Source: Octopus vulgaris (lineage: Eukaryota). Taken from it: a stretch of DNA of 64,000 nucleotides. The notes beneath the pieces were generated by a model. That model made no database searches. It saw nothing but the letters and a program-made list of their open reading frames with translations, and had not been told where the DNA came from. This document shows positions 25,958-39,560 of the stretch, in pieces. The stretch is from the NCBI GenBank assembly GCA_951406725.2, contig OX597821.1, positions 81,282,001 to 81,346,000 on the forward strand, given 5' to 3'. Within the stretch, counting starts at the first letter, position 1; every line of letters starts with the position of its first letter. The translations under genes were made by a program, and so were the position numbers.

Positions 25958-26929
25958 GGCCTCACATGTCAAGGGGCCCCAGTTCTTATCTGTGTAGGTT
26001 GTGACTTGCTGTCAATAACTGAATACGATAGGGCTCACTATATTGATTTGCCTAGGGCCCTATAATGCAGCTAAAACTATTCTGCATGCCTTCCCTTAAA
26101 TTTATGAAGAGACGATGTACCAGATTGATTCAAAGCCAGAATATAAAGAGACATAACTAAATACTGTTAAACATTTTATCTGGCGCTCTAACAATTCTCA
26201 ACATATATTCCTTCTAAATATATTAAAGAATCTTATAGAAATAACAGTTTCCCCTGGTGTACATAACTGAATGAGGATGCATGCCTTTATTTCGATTATT
26301 ATTTACTGATTTCCTTTCCTTTCTCTTTGTTTTCTCTGTTTTCTTACTGTAAACCTTTATAAATTATATTCTTTTCCACGAATTATTGCACATAAATTTA
26401 AATGTAAAAAATTGTTTCATGGCTCCTACGACTTTTAAGGCTTCTTTAGTTTATGCTAAATCCAGCATCCGCTGGGCGTGTGTTGATTGGGTCGACTTTC
26501 ATTTAAATCACTGTATCCCTACTTTTAACCAATTTCCCTTTGTGCTTATGAAGAAACTTATCACATTCTTTCGAACTCTAACCTGTCGTTATAGAACTAA
26601 AGTAGCCTCCGTTGTTCGTCGTGCTATTATAATTCAGCCTCGCTTTGAAGCCTTCTAGTCTTAATCTATGTCAATTTATTCGCTAGTTCATCCTGAAAAA
26701 GTTCCTCCGCCCGAAATGTTTAGATACTGAACTCGATGGTACACATACTACTATGCAGCAGCTACACTGACAAAAAGCGTTTCAAAACGCTTTAAGCCGA
26801 TTAATAAAGATGTCATCAGGATGAATTTTAAAATCAATTATATATCTTCAAAAGAGTTTGAATATATTGTTGACGTATCTACGCATGATGCCGCTATAAA
26901 TACTCTGCATGTGATGATATGTCCAACTA

Positions 26930-27775
26930 AGGAATGAAATATATGCATGGCATGTTTTGATTACTTGTCGACAAGAATGATTCACTACATAAATATTACA
27001 AACATTAAAGGTCTTAGCAAAGGATCACAACATTAAAACAGTAACTGTGGAGTGTATCAAGCCAGTGTAGCATTTTCTAACGAGTTTCATTCTCTGATAT
27101 CCTCACTTTGTTGTGATATTATCCTGAGACAAACTGCCATGAACTCTACTCTTCTGTCGAGATTCCGTTTGGTGGTGCTGAGCCTGTTCTAACAGCCTGT
27201 GGTCTCACTACTGCTTCAGTTCCCACTTTCTTTGTTTGACAATCTAAAAACTGATTCCAAATTCATGATTGCTAAAGCTAGATCACATTCTCTGGATGAC
27301 CAAGAATTTAAAAATTCCGAGCTAATGCGTTTAATAAAGAGGGTTATTACTGAGCCGAATACTGAGTCTCCTTGGCAGGCGCAGATCTAGTAATAGCCAC
27401 GAGAAACGTATGGTCGTCGATTATTCAGACAGTAAATCGCTGTAGGTTGCTAAAGGCCTGCTCTGTACTAAACATCGAGATGGTTGAGGAAGTGACATAG
27501 TATAATATCTTCAGTACGCTTCACCTACGAAGTACTTACTTTCTGGTGGACAAACCTTAAACTATATTTGTGACTGCCATTGCTTGTATCAATTCAGATA
27601 GATTCCCCTTGGAATCACAAATTGTGTAGATACGGTGACATAATTGAAAAAGGACTCACAGCCACTTTTGCATATATTAACAATGTAACTGTGGCCATAA
27701 CAAGAGTGTTCGTGATCACAACTTGAAGTTCTTAGATACAGTGAACAAGTACAACCTTACTTTAAACAAAGTATG
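26930..27775 (+). mobile_element. Gypsy LTR-retrotransposon pol remnant (protease end and RT)
   Basis: LCCDIIL; LFDNL..D.K..AKARSHS.DDQEF..SE..RL....EP..SPWQAQ; KRMVVDYS; FSTLHLRSTY; IPLGITN; FAYINNV (decayed YxDD). Confidence 0.8.
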
Positions 27776-28439
27776 TTATTACGCTTTTTGTTTTAATTTT
27801 CTTTCATTAATACGCTCCAGCTCGGCACACATATATACTGTGGGAATAGGACGTCTATGAGCTTTATCGTTTTTATTACTATTTAATCGGTTCTATACTG
27901 CTATGAACTGGTTAAATGCATAATTCCCTCAACTTAAGTACTCACGAAACACTCGCCTCTCTTTTTTTCGCAACTCCTATATTATCTCGTTCCCTAGGAC
28001 TACCACTATCCAATTTTCCATTCTTTTCCCCCTCAAGCTATCAACATTCTGAAATTCCTTCTCTATGTACGTTTTATTTCTGCAGACGTCGATTTATAGG
28101 ATGTTGAAGCTAAACATAGACTGTATCAACCTCATAAATTACGGAAACATTGCTCTGTCTTTGTTAATAAACAACAATATCAATAAAATCAACAAATCAG
28201 GAGATGATTTTTTCCCATTTGGTATAATTCATGCATTCGTCTTATTGTTTAGCACTGCACGTTGCGAAGTGCTTATGGTCGCGGTATGTTATTAGTACCG
28301 TATTGAACTAGAGAAAAGTCAAATTAATACCAGTAAGTTAACTCAGCACACCCTGGTACCAAACGATACGAAAATACTTATATCCGGCACCCTACTAACT
28401 GCCACAACTGATGACTTTAATTCAAGTGTTTTGATATAG

Positions 28440-28653
28440 GTTTCAAATTATGGCACAAGGCCAGCAATCTAGGACGAGAGGTAAGACGATGATATCGACC
28501 CCAGTGTTCAACTGGTACTTATTTTATCGACCCGGGAAGGATGAAAGGCAAAGTCGACCCCGGCGGAATTTGAACTCAGAAAGTGGAAAACAGACGAAGT
28601 GCTGCTAAGCATTTTGCTCGGCGTGCTAACCATTCTTCCAGCTCGATGCCTTA
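28440..28653 (-). mobile_element. SINE family B
   Basis: Reverse complement of the family B consensus. Confidence 0.85.
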
Positions 28654-28662
28654 CAACTGTTG

Positions 28663-28759
28663 TATTATAGGGGTCAATCTTACTGAGCTAAGTTTATGAT
28701 TTATTATATTATAGGGATCAATCTTACTGAGCCAAGTTTATGATTTATTATATTATAGG
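28663..28759. repeat. Short tandem duplication, about 44-nt unit, two copies
   Basis: TATTATAGGG.TCAATCTTACTGAGC.AAGTTTATGATTTATTA repeated. Confidence 0.85.
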
Positions 28760-29186
28760 TCTGCCTCGGAAAAGTTATTCAGTTAAGTTTTTGATATTGA
28801 ATAAAAAAAAAATAATCTCTCTTTCTGTCTGTCTGTCCCCCTCACTCTCCCTTTCCTTCTGTTCAGAAACGTTCGATTTCTTTTCCCATCACGGTGTACG
28901 AACTAAATGTGTCACGCGAGTTTGGATTCTGTGATGTTTTGTGGCCAAAAACTGTAAGGTTTAAAACAGCCAAAAAATATAACTTACATCTATGAATTGT
29001 AACACAAGGTAAGATGAAAAGCGAAGTTGACTCCCGCAAGATTTGAACTTAGAGTATAAAAAAAGATCTTCATGCTACAAGAACCATTACTATTTAGCCA
29101 CTCCACTGCCTTCTGATTTACAATATTGTTCTGCTTCAATCTGCTTATATATAGCGTTAACATTACAACGAAATCGAAGACAATCA

Positions 29187-29224
<38 letters not shown>

Positions 29225-29239
29225 TAGCCCCTTTCTCAG

Positions 29240-29900
29240 AAGGTCTAAAATCATTATGGTGTGAAATTGGAAAAATTTTAATTGGGATGCGAAATGGCTC
29301 GACAAAACAACACTATGAAACTGCCACCAAAGCAGTGTGAAGGCTACATTATGAGATGCCATTAGGAAGATACCTCACAGATGGCTACTAGTACCAAAAT
29401 GTCGATTTCATAGAAATATTTCTTAAATATTTAAATGCCAGGTTGACATACCAAACTGGGTTGCCATAGCACAAGCAAACTTTATGGCCAAAAATGAAAA
29501 GACCGCCTTGGAAGAAGACTTATGGGCCCATAGCCTGTCTTAACATTATACAAATTCTACAGAAACTGCCTGAACCAGTTCTCCTAAGACTATTGGGAGA
29601 CTAATAATAGAGCCACTGACGAGCATGTAGGAAATAAGGCGGATGCGCCGAAGAATTTTTGGTAAATAAAAGTTTGCTAAATTAAGAAAAGATCGAAGGC
29701 ATCTTGAGATAGTATGGCTTAAATAAAGAAAGGCATTCGATTCTATTCCCCACTCAAAGGCTATTGAAGTCAGTGCAGCTGGCAAAAGTATCTATTGTCA
29801 TTACTTGCTGCCAACGAAAGTCTCATAAAGATCTTCTCTTTATTCCTCACACATAACTTAAAGTGGAATGATTGCCTCTGATGTTATAAATATTTCAACG
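29240..29900 (+). mobile_element. Dong/R4-clade non-LTR retrotransposon RT remnant
   Basis: YGPIACLNI (YRPI.CL), GCAEEF.VNK, IVWLK*RKAFDSIPHS. Confidence 0.7.
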
Positions 29901-29959
29901 GAAATGTAATGAACAACTTCCTAGATTCTAAACCAAGATTCGAAACCTGATCTACATCA

Positions 29960-31001
29960 TTCTATAGATTCTTTCCTTTAGCACCACACCACACGGCCGA
30001 TACAATAAAGAGAAAATTGATAGAACACATATAAATGTCAGATGGAAAAAGGAGACACAACCGTGTAGAATGATTAAGAGAACGTTTATTGGTGTAAGAA
30101 CACGTGTGTCTGTGCGTGCATCATGTATACAGAATAACAGACAGGCCGTCATGAGAACAAAATGAATGTGTGTATGTAGACATAGATGTTTGTGCGTGTT
30201 AAGAACATATAAGGATGGCAATGAAGAAGAGACAACGAAAGAGTCTACAGCCATCGAAGTGGGGAGTAAGTTCACAGACACAAGAAAGATAAATAATACC
30301 AGTTGGTAGTCATTAGTACACGGTAGTTGAAACACTGTATGAAGAAGTCGCGGCCATGATCCGAGCCGGTTGCAGGTACATGTCGTACGTGAAGTCGTGG
30401 CTGTGATGCTGCTGCCTGGGTCACTTGATACAGAAGTTCTTGCAGGTTGTACATTCGCTGTTGATCCATGGTGAAGTAATTCACGAACAGTGAGGTGTTG
30501 AAACCTAGGTGAATTGCTTGCTGAGCTGTGTACGTAGAGAGATGATGCTGACGACGTCAAGAAGGACATGATGGTGGCGACGAAGAAGGAGGTAGCCGTA
30601 ATGCTGTTGGACGAAGCTGGTAAATCTCAACGTAGCTGCTTTGGTGGTGTTGTCTGGCGTTGTCGCTGGAACTGGCTGTGTCTTTGTGGTCAGTGGCTAG
30701 ACCTTAAAAGGTCTGGAACCAAAGACTTCGAAAGAGAAAAGGCTGAGTTTTTATAAGGAACTGTAGGCTCAAAACAAGGTAGAGAACAGGCTGTCCCACG
30801 TGATCTTATTTAGGGCCTCCACCTGGTTATACACAGCAAATTGGCGCAATCGAGTAAGAGATAAATTGCACCAATACCAACCAATCGGAATAGTGGACAC
30901 AACGGGATCCAAATAGCGGCCAAAGGCTAGCTGTTCCCTGCTACGTTCGAATGCACGTATATATAATAATGGGAGAGAGGAATTTCAGAGTCTACGCTAC
31001 A
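29960..31001 (-). mobile_element. Probable solo LTR (left boundary uncertain)
   Basis: Minus-strand start TGTAGCG, TATA-like TTATAAAA near 30750, AATAAA near 30085; homologous to 31276-32209. Confidence 0.6.
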
Positions 31002-31275
31002 CATTGTAGCACCAGCACTGATACAAACATTTGAGATACTTGACTGGTCTATAAAAGATCCGGTCCAAAGACATTAAAATCTGCAAGATCCTAAATATCA
31101 AAAGCAAACTTTCACAGAATGTGATGTAGACAGACACTATCTCAGATGAAAATAAGGAAGAGGCTTATAATCAGTGTAGACAGCCTTTGACTGTTGTATA
31201 ATACCACTCTGACGTAGTTAATTATTTTACCTTGCAAGATTCAATGCCTGTGCACCAATAAGTGATCGATCCTAT

Positions 31276-32209
31276 TGTAGTACGACCGTACGAAAGATGG
31301 TGACGAAAGAAGGTCTTTTTTTAAACGCCGCACGGTCGCCTACAAAAGAAGCCAGCTTATGTGCCAAAAGGAATAAGGAGAAAACACAACCGTATAATGT
31401 AAGAGAAAAGGGTTTTATTTAGATGCGTTCGTGTCATAAGAGTGTCTGTGTACCTGTGTGCGTTATAAGTATGTACATAATAATACAGAGCATAGAAAGA
31501 GTCTTTAAGAGGACGCTAGATGGATGTTCAGACACAAATGGAGATAATTACTAGTTTGTAGTAATGGACACAATAGCAGAGATTCAGAATTTGGGGCAAA
31601 ATGTGGAGAGCCGGTTACTACGCGTGTAGAGGTTGTGGATGCTATCCTATGCCGGGTTACTTGGTACAGAAAGTTCTCGCAGGTAGACTGAGCTGTTAAC
31701 CTTGGTGAATATTCACAAACAGCGTGAAGTTTAAACCTGGGCAATGTTGCTGTGCACGTATTGATGCTGGTGGTGTCGATAAGCTGAAAGGTGACATTAA
31801 GGTGAAGGCGACGGTGGTGAAAGGTCCTGAAATGCTGCGGTGGTGTTGGTGTCGCAGTCGCTGGAACATGGCTGAGTCGCTCGAACTGGCTGTCTGTCGC
31901 TGGATGATCTGTGGTCAATGATGTAGAACCAAAGACGAATTACGGTTTGTTGATATAGCCTTTTAAAGGGTTTTAGGAGCTCCAGAAAAGAACCTAGAAG
32001 ACTCTGTCAGGGGACCTTATCTGAAGGTTGCGATTGGTTGGTTTACGCATTGGCGCGAAATAAAACAAGAGATAAACTGCACCAAAACCAACCAATCAGA
32101 GTAGCGGACACAACAGGGCCTAAGCAGCCGAAAGCCGGCTGTTATACGCCACGTCCGCATTCGTATTATATCTCTCAAAGAGAGATAATGTATTTCACTA
32201 AGAGTTACA
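31276..32209 (-). mobile_element. Solo LTR with 4-bp TSD (Gypsy-type)
   Basis: TGTA...TACA termini flanked by CTAT on both sides (31272-31275 and 32210-32213); minus-strand AATAAA near 31415. Confidence 0.8.
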
Positions 32210-32792
32210 CTATTATTGACAATTTCTCTGAAAATCTGTTACATGTTACCAACAGCTAAGTAAAATAAAATAGCGTTCTATCTATTAAAAAGAGTAAGCA
32301 TCTAATCTGAACCCACGAACCATGGGTAAGTAGTTTGATATACTATCCACTAGGCCATTTCATCCCGAAGTTTAAGTCTGTATCTTACAAACCAAAAAGG
32401 ATTGATTTATCAGGCGTAGACTAGAAATAGCTCTCAAATCAATTTTAAATAATATTCTACCGTCTTGAATAAAAGAGATATTAGAAAATACGATTTCTGT
32501 TATATAAAAGCAAGAAGATGAAAAAAACCCAAAAAAACATAATGATCATGACGGAACGCTTTTTATGACAAGTTTGCTCGGGCAAAGCTCATTTGGTGCT
32601 AAATGACAATTGTCATATAATGGTGATTCTTCGGTATTGGTCTCCAAGGTGTCGGTATGAGGAGATGATATCATTTACCTTCTTTTTCAGCCTAGCCTCT
32701 TTGTCATGAGTGGCGATTGTGTAGGCGAATGATGTCGTCTATCATAGGCCTATATAGTCTTATAATTTAAAACTTCCGGTGTTGTGAGAATA

Positions 32793-32960
32793 GGCGCAGG
32801 AGTGGCTGTGTGGTAAGTAGCTTACTTACCAACCACATGGTTCCGGGTTCAGTCCCACTGCGTGGCACCTTGGGTGTCTTCTACTATAGCCTCAGTCCGA
32901 CCAAAGCCTTGTGAGTGGATCTAGTAGACGGAAACTGAAAGAAGCCCGTCGTATATATGC

Positions 32961-32994
<34 letters not shown>

Positions 32995-33201
32995 ATGTGT
33001 GTGTGTCTGTGTTTGTCACCCCAACATCACTTGACAACCGATGTTGGTATATTTACGTCCACGTAACTTAGCGGTTCGGCTAAATAGACCGATAGAATAA
33101 GTACTAGGCTTACAAAGAATAAGTCCTGGGGTCGATTTGCTCGACTGAAGGCGGTGCTCCAGCATGGCCACAGTCAAATGACTGAAACAAATAAAAGAGT
33201 A
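32793..33201 (+). mobile_element. SINE family A, full length, CpG-retaining
   Basis: GGCGCAGGAGTGGCTGTGTGGTAAG head through AATGACTGAAAC tail. Confidence 0.9.
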
Positions 33202-34410
33202 ATGAATGAATTTCATTATTATAGAGTTAAAGGTGCCCATAGTCTCTGCAGGACTTCCCAGGTATCTGAGATTGATATCTGAGTTGACGCTGAGGATATT
33301 GTTGATATTATTTTGCCTTGTCACCACAAGGATATTCTAGCTACGAATATTCCGTCGGTTATTACATCTAAGACTAAACCGTTTAATATAAATTCTTTAT
33401 TTTTAAGACGGTTAGGACGATACGGTATGACTTGAGGGGCATTTGGCTGCTATTTTTAACAAGCACAGCGATTGCGTAAAAGTCACCTTTTTAACTCGTG
33501 GTGTTTGGTTGATATCTTCTTGACAGAGGAGCGGAAAATAGGATTTAAATTCGAGGATCGAATTTTATGGAGCTAAATTTGGACGAAGTGTTTAGTGGAA
33601 GAGGCAGGTGTAGATGGTGGTGTGTGACTTTTCGGTTAAGAAATAAACCATTGTATAATTAGTAGAAGAGACAGAGAGGCTATAGACACAGTGCAACGGT
33701 AGGATAGTTAGAAGGTGCTGCATAATGGTGAATATTTATCTTATCGAATAAAATTACCCTTTATTTTTGTTATTAAAAGGAAGGGGTATGATTTTAATTC
33801 GTGTGGGCTAACATACAATATAAAACTCTCTTTTGACATCCTATAGTACGTGAAAACAACGTTTAAACTATTTGACCACCACCAACAACATTTCGACAGC
33901 ATCGTTTACCTTTTAGAAAGTATTTCCGGTGGAGATAGCAACTGTCTGTTCCCAGTCTTTATATTTGCAAGTGATCGCAAATGTTGATTTACCCCTGTTT
34001 TACTTCAAAAGAAGGAATGTTTGCTATTGATTTAGACCAGCTTACCTCAGGAATCCTCTAAATCGTTGAAATTACTGATGACACAAGACATTTGACATGA
34101 CACGTAGCTTAAGACAGGCGCATTACACTGCTGTGTAGTCTTGTACTCAACTTGTGCACCCTCTGCAACTTACTGTAAAGGCTACAGTTTCAAATCTCAA
34201 AAGTTTACATTTCTACAGCTAACCGTTTGTGAACTATGACTGATGGAAGAGTTATTACATTTTAGTATTGGATGGAAGGTCTCGTAGATTCAGTTGTGAT
34301 CGGGAGGGCGAGTCAAGAGATCAATGTGGCATAACTACACATGTCTGCTTCTTAACGACTTTCGGAAAGATGTAACGTTTTTTTGATGAAAATTTCCAGA
34401 GATACATTTT

Positions 34411-34641
34411 AAAGGGTTCTCAACCGGGGTCCATATAAGATCTTGTTAAAATTTATGTACAATAAACTGGTTATATTTCTACAAAACACAAGATATTTAG
34501 ACATATTTTAATAAATTCTTAATAATATTTAGTCATAAAAATATAATAGGAGTTTTTAGACACGAAATAACTATGAGGGTCCAGTAAAGTAATATAGGAA
34601 TCAAAGAGATCCTTAGGCAAAAAAATGGTTGAGAACCTCTG
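34411..34641. mobile_element. hAT (Charlie-like) MITE
   Basis: Termini AGGGTTCTCAACC / GGTTGAGAACCTCTG. Confidence 0.65.
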
Positions 34642-35479
34642 GTGTAAATTAATTTGTTGTGAAATTTTTTTCGTTAGAGAAGGAAAGGAGTTTCGGATTA
34701 TTCACACGCCCCGATTTGTTTCCTCATAACTTTCAGAAAAATCGCTGTTTTTAGATAAAAATTTTCAAAAAATATGTTTCAGGTGATGTGCATTACAATT
34801 ATGTGGGAATTTGATGTTAAAAAAAGTTTGGGGTGGAGTCGGATAAGTCAGACACCTCGACTTTGTTTCCTTCGTACATATTGATGAAGTGGTTGAATTA
34901 GATTTCCCTTCCGAATTTTTTCCACATCATATTCCAATATCATCGTAATCTGTTTGTTGAAATTTTTATGTGAAAATATCAATTTTCCAGTAATTTATGA
35001 GAATAGGGGAAGGGCATACACACGTAGTTATACCACCAATGCTAGTGGAACCATTAGAATGGACATCAGTGCCATGGAGAGGGGAGACTGGTATGCATAA
35101 GTGACTGCTGGTATTCCATAAACAACTCTGCCTGGACCTGTGCCTTGGAATGAACTGCACAAATGATTTGTATATAGTGATTGAATATTAGTCTTGTATA
35201 TTAGCTCCATCAAATTGATATTACATGTACAGGTGTATGGTGTACTACATATCAGATGTCAAAATGATTACGGAACAATGTGAGACAAAGTGTTTTGCTC
35301 AAGAACACAACAGACCACTTGATCCAGCAATCAAAATCCTGATCTACGGATCATGAGTGGGCACCCTAACCACTAGGTCATGTGTCCTCATTGTACAATA
35401 AATACACATTGAATAAATACATACCAGACTGAAATAAATACTGTGCTTGCTATAACTGACTAAAATCTTGTTCGTCTAT

Positions 35480-35575
35480 CAACCACTCTGGTCTATTAAT
35501 CTGTTGATCTATAAGTCAACCACTCTGGTCTATTAATCTGTCCATCTATAAGTCAACTGCTCTGGTCAATCTGTC
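35480..35575. repeat. 37-nt tandem repeat, about 2.5 copies
   Basis: TCAACCACTCTGGTCTATTAATCTGT..ATCTATAAG repeated. Confidence 0.85.
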
Positions 35576-35745
35576 TTGTAGCCTAACGGTCTGTCACTCT
35601 TTTCTATTTGTATGTCAGCCAATCTACCATTCTCATCTATCTGTCTGTTAGTCTATCTACTACTCTCATCTATTTGTGTGTTGGTTAGTCCACATTACTT
35701 CATAACGGAGAGATGGGACTGTTTTCCTGGTTTGTTTGGCATATA

Positions 35746-36720
35746 TGGAGCAATCTCGAGTATAACCAGCGGAAATTGCAAAGATAATCTGGATCTCGAC
35801 TGAGAAAGAAAGCTACGAATGACCCGTCCTTGTTTTCTTTGTATCGTCTGTCTGGATGTTTTATTGTCCCTTTTTTGTATCACCTAACTGTCTGGATGTT
35901 TTGTGTTCTTGTCCCATTTTTGTATATTTTGTATATAAAAATATAGCGATGTGCATACACTTTGGTCTCTTATATGTAAACTGGTTATATTTCTACAAAT
36001 TTTGTATGACTCTATTATTCTTTCTATTCTTTCCTTCTTTCTATCAGTCTTTCACACTTACCTCGTTCATTCCATTCGTCATTCTTTTGTTCCCCCTCTC
36101 TCACATTTCCTGGCCTTCTCTTCATACTCACTTTCCCACCTCTTTCACTTTACTCTGTCCCTTTCATTTTTTTCTTGCCTCTCCTTAATTCGTCTATCCC
36201 TCTGCCTCTACCTCTTTCTCTTCTCTCCCCACCTGACCGGTGTTCAGCAAAGCCTGACCTTTCTTTCGTGGTTCGACTACCATCCGTGCAACATCTATAT
36301 TCCTCCCTGTGCCTGTCAAATCTTATGTCCCTGCTGTAAGCCCTTACTTCCACACACACCAGCTTAATTTAATTCATCTTTAGTCGAAAGACACCTGTTG
36401 TTATGTCTTGTTATTTGCATTTGTATTTGTGTAACATTTCTCCGGTTTTTTCCGGCCTTGTTTTCATATACATTTGCTGCTTTCTTCCATGGAATCTAAT
36501 GCTCTTAGCTTAGTTTTTTCCTTGGGACTGGCCAGATTGGAGCAATCTCGAGTATAACCAGCCGAAATTGCAAAGATAATCTGGAACTCGACTGAGGAAA
36601 GAAACCTCCAAACGACCCGTCCTTGTTTTCTTTGTATCGTCTGTCTGGATTTTTTGTTGTCCCTTTTTTGTATTACCTAGCTGTCTGGATGTTTTGTGTT
36701 CTTGTCCTATTTTTGTATTT
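35746..36720 (+). mobile_element. Penelope-like partial tandem: direct repeats 35746-35930 and 36538-36720 around a pyrimidine-rich spacer
   Basis: About 185-nt direct repeat GGAGCAATCTCGAGTATAACCAGC.GAAATTGCAAAG... with scattered mismatches. Confidence 0.55.
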
Positions 36721-37567
36721 TATATATATATATCATCATCATCATCATCGTTTAACATCCGCTTTCCATGCTAGCATGGGTTGGACGATTTGACTGAGGA
36801 CTGGCGAACCAGACGGTTGCGCCAGGCTCCAATCTGATCTGCAGCTGGATGCCCTTCCTAACGCCAAAAGATATATATATATTCTTCCCTAGATGGGACA
36901 CCAGTCTGTTACAGGATTACTCATTTTTACCAGCTGAGTGGACTGGAGCAATGTGAAACGAAGTGTTTTGCTCAAGAACACAATGTATCTCCCAGTCCAG
37001 GAACTGAAACCACAATCTTGCGATAATGAGTCCAACACCTGAATCACTAAGCCATGCACCTCCTTTTTATTTGTCTGTTAGTCTGTCTTATATTCTTGTC
37101 TCTCTGTTTGTTAGTCTCTCCATACCACTGTCTCTATGTCTGCCAGTCTATCTATCATGTTCATCTGCCTATCATTCCATCAAGCATTCACCTGCTTAAC
37201 CAGCTAACACTATGTTTGCCTAATCTGTCTCATAGTCTCTCTTTTCACCTTGTCTCTGTACCACAAGCATCTTCAAAAGCACTTATCCAACAGACACACT
37301 GCTCTCTCTCTCTCTCTCTCTTTCTCTCTCCCTCTATCTCTCAGCCCCCCCCCCCCGCTCATTCCATCACCTTGTCCTCCATACACTCTTTTATATGTAA
37401 TAGGACCATAATATCTCATCAGATAACGCATCATTATAGTTAAGTGTATTTTTTATCACTTTCGAAGAGTTTGCTCCAATTTCCAATAATAATGATAATA
37501 TATATATATAACATGAGCTGTTAGTCTTGCTTTAAAGTTTGTTGTCCTCTATAACAATTACATATGT

Positions 37568-37621
<54 letters not shown>

Positions 37622-38224
37622 TATATCTGTTTGTTTGTGTCTGTGACAATGCTCTCATGTAAATGTGTACTTATATGTATTGTTTCATTTTAATATGTAC
37701 ATGACTATAGTTGCGTACGCCTGAATATGTACACATTTATACTCTTACATGTGTGTCGGTTAATTTGTGTGTGTGTATGTTTATGTGTGAATGTATGTGC
37801 TATCTTAATCTATATATGTATGTGCATGTATATATGCTAGTCCTGTGTATATTAACTTAAGTGAATATCTGTGTATACATATATCAGTATTCATCTGTGT
37901 GTATACATGTGTGTGTGTATGTATATCTATTTGTTCCTGTCTCTGCACATATGTATTTATTACATATACAGCTATGTTTGTTAATGTGTATTTATCTTAT
38001 TGATAGTTGTGGGTGTTTGTCATATTTAACCCTGTGTGTGTATACACGGACTGTATATGTTTGTCTGTTGGTGGCTTTGTGTGTGTTTGTATTTATCTAT
38101 GTGTGAACATGTGTGCTGATAAAATTCATACCCACTCGAGTCTGTAGTGCGTGGGAATAAAGCATTTAAAAAGCTTTGCACTTTTCTCTCCTCCCACTAC
38201 ACAATCATTGGTGAATGTATGTGG

Positions 38225-38266
<42 letters not shown>

Positions 38267-38299
38267 TAATATACTAATGAGTAAATATATATATATATG

Positions 38300-38575
38300 C
38301 CAGTGCCGCTGGACTGGCTCCTGTGCAGGTGGCACATAAAAACCACCATTTAAGCATGGCCGTTGCCAGTACTGCCTGACTGACCCTCATGCCAGTGGCA
38401 CATAAAAGCACCCACTACACACTTGGAGTGATTGGCGTTAGGAAGGGCATCCAGCTGTAGAAACACTGCCAGATCAAGATTGGAGCCCGGTGCAGCCATC
38501 TGATTCGCCAGTCCTCAGTCAAATCATCCAATCCATGCTAGCATGGAAAGCAGACGTTAAACGATAATGATGAAA
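38300..38575 (+). mobile_element. Family C repeat (RTE-LINE 3' UTR or derived SINE) with (GAT)n tail
   Basis: GTGGCACATAAAA repeats, GGCGTTAGGAAGGGCATCCAG, GCATGGAAAG..GACGTTAAACGAT. Confidence 0.8.
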
Positions 38576-38859
38576 TGAATATATGTATATATATATATAT
38601 ATATACACACACACATACACACAGACACAAACATATATACATACACAGACATATACACACACACAGACACACACATACACGCACGCACACACACACACAC
38701 ATACATATATATCCTATAACTTGGTGGTTCAGCACAAGGGACTGATAGAATAAGTGCCAGGCTCAGAAAAATAAGTTCAGGGGTCAATTCATTCGACTGA
38801 AAATTCTTCAAGTCTAATGACAGAAACAAATAAAGAAAGAAGGGAAAAGATATACATGT

Positions 38860-39560
38860 ATATCTGAACCTCCCAGATGAGGATGACAAAGGACCAAGAT
38901 ACCTGGCGGCTTGTACTCAAAAGGATCCATCCTTCACAGCAGGAGTGTTAAGGTCACATCTGCTAGTGAAGAGGATTGATGAGCAAGCGTCATGTGCCAG
39001 TACCATTTAAAAAGTACTCATGCCGGTGCCATGTAGAAGCATTTGTATGGTGCCACGTTAAAAGCACCCAGCTCACACTGTGAAGTGGTTGGCATTAGGA
39101 AGGGCATCTAGTCAAAGAAACCAAACCAAATCTTACTGGAACTTGGTGCAGCTCTCCAGCTTGCCAGCTCTGGTCTAACAGTCCAAGCCATCCCAGCATG
39201 GAAAACAGATGTTAAAGGATGATGCACACACACACACACATACTTAGTGCAATATATCACACACGCACTACACGACCCATTTCTTCCCTCATACTCTAAC
39301 TTCTAATGTTTCACCTTGTAAGCTACAAGATGACCCCTCGACTGCTGGTGCCACAAGGAAAGACACTCTGTGAGTGATTGGTAAATCAAACAGCAGCAAT
39401 GCATGGAGTTTCTTAGTTGCACTGGCACACGACTGTTGCAGGCCAATCCTCTACACCAGGGAAGTGACCTTAATGCTTCTGCTTTGGAGGAGGGGTCTTT
39501 ATGAGTACAACTAGGCACCAGGTATATCGGTCTTTTGTTATCTCGTCTGAAAGGTTCAGA
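38860..39560. mobile_element. Two RTE-like LINE 3' ends in inverted orientation (38860-39225 plus; 39420-39560 minus)
   Basis: Shared TCTGAACC..CAGA.GAG..ACAAA.GACC..ATACCTGG...TTAAGGTCAC..GAGGATTG; the plus copy runs into a family C tail. Confidence 0.6.

Noticed and set aside
26690-26728. Possible hammerhead CTGAAAA...CCGAAATGTTTA
   Set aside because: G8 is lost and stem II does not pair; at most a decayed PLE remnant.
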